Source: Candidatus Fraserbacteria bacterium (GTDB lineage: Bacteria > Bipolaricaulota > Bipolaricaulia > RBG-16-55-9). From it: a stretch of DNA of 22,386 nucleotides. A program made the position numbers and the translations under genes. Under the pieces are notes generated by a model, which had not been told where the DNA came from, searched no databases, and was given only the letters and a program-made list of their open reading frames with translations. The stretch spans positions 1-22,386 of the forward strand of contig JBBIPG010000036.1 of assembly GCA_037442925.1 (NCBI GenBank). Direction: 5' to 3'. This document shows, in pieces, positions 1-7,529 of the stretch; the first letter of the stretch is position 1; each line of letters starts with the position of its first letter.

Positions 1-1
1 G

Positions 2-721
2 GCCCCCTTCTACGACCTGATGGAAGCAGTGATGGAGTGGTTCGCCTTTCGCCGATGGCGCGAGCTTGTCTGGCAAGCTGTAGGCTCTCAGCCGCAAAAG
101 ATTCTCGAAGTCGGCGTGGGCACCGGGAAGAATATGCCATACTATCCAGAGAAGGCCCAAATCACCGCCATAGACATCAGCGACAAGATGCTCAGCCAAG
201 CTCGCCGGAGGACCATCAAGCTAAGCCTGAACATCGAGCTTCTACAAATGGACGCCCAAGCCCTGAAGTTCCCCGATGACTCTTTTGATGTCGTCGTGTC
301 CACCTTCGTCTTCTGCTCTGTGCCCGACCCTGTGCTCGGCCTGAACATCGAGCTTCTACAAATGGACGCCCAAGCCCTGAAGTTCCCCGATGACTCTTTT
401 GATGTCGTCGTGTCCACCTTCGTCTTCTGCTCTGTGCCCGACCCTGTGCTCGGCCTGCAAGAGGTCAGAAGAGTGCTGCGGCCCGACGGCCGAGCCGTGT
501 TTCTTGAGCACATGCGCCCGCAGTCGCCTTGGGTTGGAAAACTCTTTGATCTCTTCAACCCGCTCGTCGTGCGGCTGTGGGGAGCCAACATCAACCGGCG
601 CACGATAGACAACATCGAAAAAGCGGGCCTCAAGATCCAGCGAGTTGCACATCTGACCGCTCAGGGTATCGTTCGACTGATCATCACCAAGGCCGGAAAG
701 GAGAAAGCTGTAGCAGGATGA
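2..721 (+). CDS. Class I SAM-dependent methyltransferase (5'-partial; carries a 38-aa tandem duplication)
   Basis: Motifs ILEVGVGTG, AIDIS, MDAQAL-FPDDSFDVVV and EVRRVLRPDG. The frame is open to the window edge (APFYDLM...), so the true start probably lies upstream. Confidence 0.9.
   Translation, partial: APFYDLMEAVMEWFAFRRWRELVWQAVGSQPQKILEVGVGTGKNMPYYPEKAQITAIDISDKMLSQARRRTIKLSLNIELLQMDAQALKFPDDSFDVVVSTFVFCSVPDPVLGLNIELLQMDAQALKFPDDSFDVVVSTFVFCSVPDPVLGLQEVRRVLRPDGRAVFLEHMRPQSPWVGKLFDLFNPLVVRLWGANINRRTIDNIEKAGLKIQRVAHLTAQGIVRLIITKAGKEKAVAG
225..457. repeat. Exact 114-bp tandem duplication with GCCTG at all three junctions
   Basis: 225-338 repeats at 339-452; GCCTG occurs at 225, 339 and 453. 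Confidence 0.95.
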
Positions 722-1833
722 GAAACACGCTGCGCTTAGGAAGAATCTACGGCATCGAAATCGGACTCGACTACAGTTGGTTTATCGTCTTTGCGCTCGT
801 GACTTGGTCTCTTGCTGCTCATGTGTTCCCGAACAACTATCGCTGGTCAGCTACGACCTACTGGACCACAGGCTTGATCACGAGTTTGCTCTTCTTCGCT
901 TCCGTGCTGGCTCACGAGCTGGGCCACAGTGTGGTCGCGATTCGCAAGGGCATTCCCGTCAAAGCCATCACGCTCTTCATCTTCGGGGGCATGGCCCAGA
1001 TCACGAAAGAGCCCGAGCACCCACGCGACGAGTTTTTCATCGCGATTGCCGGACCCGCCGTGAGCGTGGCAGTGGGGGGTCTGTTCTGGGCGCTGCACTC
1101 TCTAGACCCCAACGCCGGTCAGCCCTTGGCAGCCCTGACCTCCTGGCTCAGCTGGATCAATCTCAGTCTGGCCGTCTTCAATCTAATTCCGGGCTTTCCC
1201 TTAGATGGCGGACGAGTCTTGCGGTCCATCGTCTGGGGGGTCACGCAGAGCTTCCAAAGAGCGACTCAGATCGCCTCCATTGCGGGTCGTGTGATCGCCT
1301 TTGGTTTTATTGCGCTGGGCATCTGGATCTTCTTTAGCGGCAACTGGGTGAGCGGCCTCTGGCTGGCCTTCATCGGCTGGTTCTTAGACAACGCTGCCTC
1401 CGGCAGCTATCAGCAGATCGCGCTGCGCCAGCAACTTACAGGCGTGAAGGCGCGCGAGATCATGATGACGGATTGCCCACATGTGTCGCGCTTCCTGACG
1501 CTGCACGAGCTGGTATACGACTACATCCTCAAGGGCACGCGTCGATGCTTTCCTGTCGTGGAGGACGCAAAAGTCTTAGGAATCATCACGCTGCATCACG
1601 TCAAAGAAATCCCACAGGAGAGGTGGGCGATGACGACCGTGGGCCAAGCGATGACTCCCTTCGAACAGACAAAGAGAGTGAGGCCGGACCAGGATCTCTT
1701 TGAAGTTCTCGAGTTCATGACCGCGGAAGATATCAATCAAGTTCCCGTGGTAGAGGATGGAAAGCTATTGGGAATGATCTCGCGCGACCGCGTGCTGGCG
1801 TTTCTCGCCACGCGCGCGGAGTTGGGAGTCTAA
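718..1833 (+). CDS. Site-2 protease (M50) with C-terminal CBS pair
   Basis: HELGH zinc motif, NLIPGFPLDGGR, several TM segments and two CBS repeats. ATG718 overlaps the previous stop (ATGA). Confidence 0.92.
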   Translation: MRNTLRLGRIYGIEIGLDYSWFIVFALVTWSLAAHVFPNNYRWSATTYWTTGLITSLLFFASVLAHELGHSVVAIRKGIPVKAITLFIFGGMAQITKEPEHPRDEFFIAIAGPAVSVAVGGLFWALHSLDPNAGQPLAALTSWLSWINLSLAVFNLIPGFPLDGGRVLRSIVWGVTQSFQRATQIASIAGRVIAFGFIALGIWIFFSGNWVSGLWLAFIGWFLDNAASGSYQQIALRQQLTGVKAREIMMTDCPHVSRFLTLHELVYDYILKGTRRCFPVVEDAKVLGIITLHHVKEIPQERWAMTTVGQAMTPFEQTKRVRPDQDLFEVLEFMTAEDINQVPVVEDGKLLGMISRDRVLAFLATRAELGV

Positions 1834-1852
1834 GAGAAGGGAGGGAAGAGTA

Positions 1853-3046
1853 ATGAAGAAGCTAGTCCTTTGGACAGCGCTCCTGTTCGCCGTGGGAGTG
1901 CTGCTGTGGTGGAGCACCTCACAATTCGACAAGAAAGAAATCGCTGTGACGCCGACGGCTCCCACGACTTCTCCTACAGCCGCCAGCAGCCAGTCCGTGG
2001 CTACCGCCCCTGCGTCCTCACCGACGCCCTCGGCTCCCGAAGAGCAACTCGTCGTGGCCATCTACGAGCGGGTCAATCCGTCCGTCGTCAACATCACGAG
2101 CCGGGCTGTTACGCAAGATTTCTTCTTCGGGTCCGTCCCTCAAGAAGGCACTGGGTCAGGGTTCGTGTTAGATAAGGGAGGTCACATCATCACCAACTAT
2201 CACGTCATCGAAGGCGCCAGTGAGATCGATGTGACGTTTTCAGACGAGACCATCGTGACAGCGCGCGTCGTCGGCACGGACCCCAGTGTGGATCTAGCCG
2301 TGCTGCAAGTCGAGATGCCCCCGGAGAAGCTCGTGCCCGTTGAGTTGGGTGAATCGAGCAACCTGAAGCCGGGACAGCTGGCGATTGCCATCGGTAACCC
2401 CTTTGGCTTAGAGCGCACTGTGACTACGGGCGTGATCAGCGCCGTCAACCGCTCACTGCAGGCCCGCAACGGTCGGCTCATCTGGGGTGTCATTCAGACG
2501 GACGCCGCGATCAATCCGGGCAACTCCGGTGGTCCGTTGCTCGACTCTCAGGGCAGAGTCATCGGAGTGAACACGGCCATCTTCAGTCCCAGCGGCGGCT
2601 CCGTGGGTGTGGGGTTCGCAATTCCCGTTGGTACCGTCAAGCGAGTCATACCGGCTTTAATGCGCACGGGGCGCTACGCACATCCGTGGGTGGGCATCGC
2701 TGGAATCTCGATCACACCGGAGCTGTCCCGCCGGTTGAAGCAGATGGGAGTGGATGTGGGAGCAGAACGAGGTGTGTTGATTGCACAGGTGCTCCCCGGC
2801 GGTCCCGCAGAGCGCGTGGGTCTGCGCGGTGGCACTCGACAGGTCCGTGTCGGTAACCGGGTGCTCCTTGTGGGCGGCGACATCATCACGGCCATCGATA
2901 GCGTACCTGTAGATGATATGGAAGGACTGATTCAGCATTTGGAGACCCGGACAAGCGTGGGACAAAAGGCAGAACTGACCATCAAACGCAGTGGTCAAGA
3001 ACTGCGCGTGTCTATGGAAATCGGTGAGCGGCCACCTGACCAATGA
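1853..3046 (+). CDS. htrA: HtrA/DegP-family serine protease with PDZ domain
   Basis: N-terminal TM and PT-rich linker; triad TNYHVI, VDLAVL, GNSGGP; C-terminal PDZ (GDIITAID); AGGGAGG RBS. Confidence 0.93.
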   Translation: MKKLVLWTALLFAVGVLLWWSTSQFDKKEIAVTPTAPTTSPTAASSQSVATAPASSPTPSAPEEQLVVAIYERVNPSVVNITSRAVTQDFFFGSVPQEGTGSGFVLDKGGHIITNYHVIEGASEIDVTFSDETIVTARVVGTDPSVDLAVLQVEMPPEKLVPVELGESSNLKPGQLAIAIGNPFGLERTVTTGVISAVNRSLQARNGRLIWGVIQTDAAINPGNSGGPLLDSQGRVIGVNTAIFSPSGGSVGVGFAIPVGTVKRVIPALMRTGRYAHPWVGIAGISITPELSRRLKQMGVDVGAERGVLIAQVLPGGPAERVGLRGGTRQVRVGNRVLLVGGDIITAIDSVPVDDMEGLIQHLETRTSVGQKAELTIKRSGQELRVSMEIGERPPDQ

Positions 3047-3065
3047 CGCCGAAGGAGCAATCAGC

Positions 3066-4142
3066 ATGGCAGAGATGCAGAAGACAACACCGCAGTCGTC
3101 TGTGGCGCGCTGGCTGGATGAGCATCTGGGGCTCTCAGCTCTGTATTATGAAGTGCCTGCCCACGCCAATACACTGCCGTATCTTCTAGGCGGGATCAGT
3201 TTCGTGGGCTTTCTCGTGTTGATCATCACGGGTATATGGCTGGCCCAGTATTACCACCCTCACCCCACAGAAGCCCACGAGAGCGTCGTCTACATCATCA
3301 CAAAAGCATCCCTGGGAGACTTCATCCGCAGCCTCCACTTCTGGGCCTCGAACTTGGTGATCGTGACCGTGCTGCTCCACATGATCCGCATCTTCATCAC
3401 TGCTTCCTACAAGCATCCCCGCGAGATCAACTGGCTCGTCGGTCTGGGGCTTCTCGCTGTCACGATTGGGTTCATCTTCACCAGCACCGTGCTGAAGTGG
3501 GATCAAGAAGGGTACGAAGCGATGGTGCACAATACCGAGATGGCAGAGCTAGTAGGACGCGTGGGGAGCTGGTTCTCCACAGAATTTACTCGAAGTGTCC
3601 CACTGCTCACTCGTTTGTATATGGCCCATGTGAGCATCCTACCCATCGCGCTCGTCTTGCTGCTCCTGCTCCACTTCTTTTTGATCAAGCGTCACGGGGT
3701 CTCGCCCCTGCCGCGCTTCGAGGGCCAGCCCTATGATGCCAAGAAGGGACCCACGACCTTCGTCATGCATCAGAAGAGAATGCTCGGCTACGGGTTGCTG
3801 ATCTTCGTGACAGCGGCAGGGCTTTTGGCCGTGCTCTGGCCGGCTCCGCTGGGCATGCCGCCAGTGCCCGGTGCGGAAGTCACCAAGCCGCCGTGGCTCT
3901 TCTATTGGATATATGCCTTTGAGGACTGGGGCGGTATCCGAGCACTGCTGCTAGCTCCTTTTCTGTTCTTCTTGTTGCTGGCTCTGGCACCGTTCGTGGA
4001 CCGCAGCGCCTGGTTGCGGCCGCGCCGGCGTATGATCTTCGTGATCGCCGGGACGGTGTTGCTCTTGGGGCTGATCGGGCTCAGCTTCGTCACCGCCCTG
4101 ACGCCTCAAGTCCCACACACAGAGGAGATGATTAAGCCCTGA
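3066..4142 (+). CDS. Cytochrome b of the bc/b6 family (fused b6 + subunit IV-like)
   Basis: LGGISF...TGIWLA, heme His pairs in RSLHFW...LLHMIR and MAHVS...LLHFF, PRE-NW-G, PPWLF at the PEWY position; AAGGAG RBS before ATG3066. Confidence 0.88.
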   Translation: MAEMQKTTPQSSVARWLDEHLGLSALYYEVPAHANTLPYLLGGISFVGFLVLIITGIWLAQYYHPHPTEAHESVVYIITKASLGDFIRSLHFWASNLVIVTVLLHMIRIFITASYKHPREINWLVGLGLLAVTIGFIFTSTVLKWDQEGYEAMVHNTEMAELVGRVGSWFSTEFTRSVPLLTRLYMAHVSILPIALVLLLLLHFFLIKRHGVSPLPRFEGQPYDAKKGPTTFVMHQKRMLGYGLLIFVTAAGLLAVLWPAPLGMPPVPGAEVTKPPWLFYWIYAFEDWGGIRALLLAPFLFFLLLALAPFVDRSAWLRPRRRMIFVIAGTVLLLGLIGLSFVTALTPQVPHTEEMIKP

Positions 4143-4357
4143 AGAAGCTGCCCGTCACCTTCATCGTGCTGCTCGCACTTGCGACCCTAGCATCGGGTAG
4201 CCTATGGTCGCAGATGAAGCTGTTGGCGAACGGTACATTCAGCTGGGCAAATGGGCTGCTGGTAGCCCTAAGCCTGATCTTATTCGTCTTCGCAATTGCC
4301 GTATTGGGCCGCATCTTATATCTGACCGCAAGGACAAAGGCAAGAGGGAGGAGATGA
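4139..4357 (+). CDS. Small two-TM membrane protein (start CTG4139 or GTG4166)
   Basis: Fills the operon gap; two hydrophobic helices and a basic tail. CTG4139 follows GAGGAG and gives a natural-looking N-terminus, MKKLPVTFIVLL. Confidence 0.65.
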   Translation: MKKLPVTFIVLLALATLASGSLWSQMKLLANGTFSWANGLLVALSLILFVFAIAVLGRILYLTARTKARGRR

Positions 4358-4358
4358 G

Positions 4359-4889
4359 ATGATGGTGATGATGGGACAACATGCTTGGCTCAGGGCTATG
4401 TTGCTCGGCCTGATGGTCGTAACCGGCTGGCCGTTGGGAGCATGGGCGCACGAGGGACCGGAGATCACGGTCAAGCCCCGGACTGTGGCTGCCGGAGGTG
4501 CCATCGTCGTAAGCGGGGAAGCCCTGACCCCTAACGGGGGGATCACGATCACCCTAGAGGGAGCCAACTTCAGTGCGACGTTGGGCACGGTGCACAGCGA
4601 CGCCGAAGGCGCGTTTCAGCAGAGCGTCCCCGTGGCGCCGAATGCACCTCCGGGCCTATATTCCGTGAAGGCCATCGGAGAGGACGGCAAGAGTGCAGCC
4701 TTCGAGATCACGATCGTGGCCGCCCGGGAGGAAGCCGCCCCCGCACAAACCGGCCAAAGCGAGGCGGAGGCCTCAGCTGCAGAGCATGAACTCCAGCGCC
4801 CACAATCCGCAACGCAACTCATCGGGATCAGCGTTGTGCTGGTCCTTAGCACACTCTTGGGGCTTACTTTGGTCATTCGGAGGAAGTAG
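4359..4889 (+). CDS. Secreted beta-rich (Ig-like) protein with C-terminal membrane anchor; His at the predicted mature N-terminus
   Basis: Signal peptide ending AWA|HEG, beta-strand pattern including PGLYSVKA, C-terminal TM followed by IRRK; GGAGGAG RBS. Confidence 0.75.
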   Translation: MMVMMGQHAWLRAMLLGLMVVTGWPLGAWAHEGPEITVKPRTVAAGGAIVVSGEALTPNGGITITLEGANFSATLGTVHSDAEGAFQQSVPVAPNAPPGLYSVKAIGEDGKSAAFEITIVAAREEAAPAQTGQSEAEASAAEHELQRPQSATQLIGISVVLVLSTLLGLTLVIRRK

Positions 4890-4890
4890 C

Positions 4891-5667
4891 ATGGCGATGG
4901 CAGCGATCCCGTTTGAGCCGGTCAGACACATTGCACTTGGGCCGTTGATAATACAAACATTCGGGCTCCTGGTCGCAGTGGGGCTCTTGATCGCCTACTT
5001 CGCTGCCCGACGGCATATCCGACAGCATCAGCTGGACGTGGCAGCCTTTGAGAGCCTCTTTCTCTGGGTGATCTTGGGGGGCTTCGTGGGAGCGCGCCTG
5101 CTGTATGTCATCTTGAATTTCCATCTGTACGGCAACCCCATTGATCTCCTGAAAGTATGGGAAGGTGGGTTGGTTTCCTACGGCGGGATTGTGGGAGGCG
5201 TTTTGAGCGCTTGGCTATATATACGACGCAAGCGACTGGACTTCTGGGCCTACGCGGATCAGATCGCACCGTTCATCTTTCTGGGCTGGGCCTTTGGCAG
5301 ACTGGGGGATTTTCTGTCGGGCCAACTCGTCGGAACCCCTTCGGAACTGCCGTGGGCCGTGCAGAGCGCGGGCGACGTGCCTCGCCACCCTGTCCAAGTC
5401 TACGCGACGATTCTGCTGCTGGCACTCTTCTTGATCGTGCTGAGGCTGCAACGATATGTGACGCAAAAGCAGCTGAAACTTCCGAACGGATTCATCACAT
5501 TCACGGCATTGGGGCTCTACGGGATCGAGCGCTTCTTCATCGAGTTTCTGCGCGATTACCCCAATAGCGAGTATCTCTTCAGCTATCGCGCCTTCTCGCA
5601 GGGGGTAAGCGTGGGCTTGCTCGCTCTAGCAATTCTCGGCCTGCGGTGGAAGCTAAAGTCGGCGTGA
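4891..5667 (+). CDS. lgt: Prolipoprotein diacylglyceryl transferase family protein (atypical motifs)
   Basis: GARLLYV, WEGGLVSYGG, GRLGDF, RHPVQVY and RFFIEFLR; ATG4891 lies just after the upstream stop. Confidence 0.85.
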   Translation: MAMAAIPFEPVRHIALGPLIIQTFGLLVAVGLLIAYFAARRHIRQHQLDVAAFESLFLWVILGGFVGARLLYVILNFHLYGNPIDLLKVWEGGLVSYGGIVGGVLSAWLYIRRKRLDFWAYADQIAPFIFLGWAFGRLGDFLSGQLVGTPSELPWAVQSAGDVPRHPVQVYATILLLALFLIVLRLQRYVTQKQLKLPNGFITFTALGLYGIERFFIEFLRDYPNSEYLFSYRAFSQGVSVGLLALAILGLRWKLKSA

Positions 5668-5690
5668 GAGCCATCAGGAGGTGAATGAAG

Positions 5691-5861
5691 ATGGCAGAGA
5701 AGGTCAAGGACCCGGTTTGCAAGATGGAGATCGAGGTGGACAAAGCGGTCGGCAGGTTGGAGTATAAGGGCCAAATCTATTACTTCTGTTCCATGGGCTG
5801 CAAGAAACAGTTCGACAAAGATCCAGAGAAGTACGTGATGACGTACTTCAAGATCAGTTGA
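5691..5861 (+). CDS. YHS-domain protein, 56 aa (not in the ORF track)
   Basis: MAEKVKDPVCKMEIEVDKAVGRLEYKGQIYYFCSMGCKKQFDKDPEKYVMTYFKIS; DPVC-M and YYFCS-GC motifs; AGGAGGTG RBS. Confidence 0.92.
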   Translation: MAEKVKDPVCKMEIEVDKAVGRLEYKGQIYYFCSMGCKKQFDKDPEKYVMTYFKIS

Positions 5862-5872
5862 GCTTGGGGTCA

Positions 5873-6970
5873 TCACGGGACGTTCGGCATCCTCACCGTA
5901 GTAGAAGAGGGAGTGTAATGGGTCAAGAGATCGTTACCAGGGTGTAGCGTCCAGCCGGTGGAGATCCGATCCAGCACAATCGGTGGAAGCAACGCAAACT
6001 CCGGGGGCACTTTCACTCCCAACTCTACCAGCTTGCGCCACGGACTCCTCCCGTCCATGCCCGCCCCCGTATGCGGCCGCTCCACGTTGTAATAGTAGAG
6101 CCACTGCGCCGCTCGCCGCAACAGCGCCCGCTCGTCTGGCAGCCGCTCCAGCAGGGGCAGGTAGAACTCCTCGTCGTCGGTGCGATGGCTGCGCTCCACC
6201 CGCCCGTTGTACCCCTTGCGTCCCAAGGGGAAGCGTACCAGCTCGGCCCCCAAGGGCCGGAAGAACTTCTGGTTGAGCCGCTCGATCTTGGGGAGACTCT
6301 CCCCGCCCCACTCGCTGCCCCAGTCCGTCTGCCACTGCAGCGTCTGCTTGAGCCCATGGGCCCGCAACCAGAACAAGACCAGCCCGGCAAAGCAGAGTGC
6401 GTTCGTCTGGGTGAGCTGATGGCTGTAGGCCAGAAAGCGCAGGCGGGTTCTCCCTTCCAGGAAGGTCCATTGGTAGCGAGGCAGGCGCCGCATCTGCAGG
6501 TGGTGGACCAAGCGAGACCCCAGCGTCTGCTCGTCACGGATGTCCTTGACGTCCACCTGAGCCAGAGCGAAGGGTTGCCCAGTCTCCCAAGCCCAGTGGG
6601 CGGGGTAACAGACCTTCCGTCGGCGTCGGGGCTGTACGAGGCCATGTCGGCGCAAGATGTGGCGGATGGTGTTGGGGGAGAGCCTCAGCTGCTGGCGGTG
6701 CCACAGCTCACGGCTGAGGCGGGCACGACCGTAGCCTGTGGACTCTCTCAGCTGGACCACCCGTTCCTCCACAGCGGTGGGGGTTTGCTTAGGGCAGGAG
6801 TGGGGACGGCGGCTGTGATCTTGCAACCCGGCTTCTCCTTCGCTCTGGAAGCGGCGCAGCCACTTGCGCACCACCTGACGGCTGGTCTGCCAGAGCTGAG
6901 CGGTGCGGGCGATGGAGCCCGTCTCTTGGTGGGTTCGCACCAGCTGTTGCCTTGCCTCTTGCGGGTTCAT
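5873..6970 (-). CDS. IS481-type DDE transposase (HTH + integrase core)
   Basis: VRKWLRRF...GL-D-SRRPH, QVDVKD, QTDWGSE, NGRVERSHRTD and YYNVERPH; ATG6970 follows AGGAAG. Confidence 0.9.
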   Translation of the reverse strand: MNPQEARQQLVRTHQETGSIARTAQLWQTSRQVVRKWLRRFQSEGEAGLQDHSRRPHSCPKQTPTAVEERVVQLRESTGYGRARLSRELWHRQQLRLSPNTIRHILRRHGLVQPRRRRKVCYPAHWAWETGQPFALAQVDVKDIRDEQTLGSRLVHHLQMRRLPRYQWTFLEGRTRLRFLAYSHQLTQTNALCFAGLVLFWLRAHGLKQTLQWQTDWGSEWGGESLPKIERLNQKFFRPLGAELVRFPLGRKGYNGRVERSHRTDDEEFYLPLLERLPDERALLRRAAQWLYYYNVERPHTGAGMDGRSPWRKLVELGVKVPPEFALLPPIVLDRISTGWTLHPGNDLLTHYTPSSTTVRMPNVP

Positions 6971-7110
6971 CGCGTACACTTCCTGGTACGTAAGATCCAA
7001 GGCGAGCATCCTCCTTGAACGCTCTTCCAGAGCCGTATCCAAGAGAGGATGCCTGCTTTCTTGAGCCAGCGCCACACTTCCCCCTGGTAACGATCTCTTG
7101 GCGCAGGGAC
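5914..7110 (-). mobile_element. IS481-family-like insertion sequence
   Basis: Perfect 19-bp inverted repeat CAAGAGATCGTTACCAGGG (5924-5942 and 7082-7100). TGT terminus at 5914; the other terminus is imprecise and no clear target duplication is seen. Higher GC than the flanks. Confidence 0.85.
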
Positions 7111-7119
7111 CAGCTGGAC

Positions 7120-7155
7120 TTGACTTTCGTGTTCGATTATGCTATTTGCTATCAT
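7120..7155 (+). promoter_or_regulatory. Possible sigma70-type promoter
   Basis: TTGACT at 7120 and an extended -10-like TGCTATCAT at 7147-7155 in AT-rich DNA. Their spacing is not canonical. Confidence 0.35.
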
Positions 7156-7194
7156 TCGCAATAGGTCAACGTAGGGAGGGGGAAAGGGGAGTAG

Positions 7195-7459
7195 ATGTCG
7201 AACCTACCAAATTGGGCAGTGGGGTTATTGTTCCTTGCTGTCATCGTGTTCCTCGGGATCATACACATGGGGCCGACCTTGAAGCCCGCGGTGATTGACG
7301 CCGCTCAGCTAGCGGCCCAAGGCCAAGAAATCGAGGAAGGGTTCTATGCAACACCGATAGCGCATACGCGCACCGGTGAGGTTCGGTGATGAGCCTCTGG
7401 ATTTCATTCTCTTTTCCGCACCGGCTTTCAACGCTGACGACATCGTCTGGGTGAAGTGA
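7195..7459 (+). pseudogene. Probable internally deleted, frameshifted membrane-anchored cupin gene (or a 64-aa membrane protein, 7195-7389)
   Basis: The ORF has an RBS and a TM helix and stops at 7389. A second frame (7385-7459) reads GDEPLDFILFSAPAFNADDIVWVK*, resembling a cupin C-terminus. Confidence 0.5.
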
Positions 7460-7529
7460 CTTTCGCCCAGGAGATGCAATCGTTGAATATCTGCTGCCTT
7501 GGACGGCAAAACATAAGAAAGGAACAGCT

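Noticed and set aside
225..457. Repeat considered as a CRISPR array
   Set aside because: Two contiguous copies, no spacers, inside a coding frame; no cas genes in the window.
577..717. N-terminal extension of the site-2 protease ORF (similar over-long starts at 2991, 4693, 7075, 11769, 21422)
   Set aside because: These extensions overlap neighbouring genes, IS ends or RBS/promoter DNA; downstream ATGs match the family N-termini and mostly have an RBS or stop-start coupling.
6071..7018. 315-aa + strand ORF and other long ORFs inside the IS elements (e.g. 13361-14161)
   Set aside because: Antisense or alternate-frame shadows of GC-rich transposase genes with no recognisable motifs.
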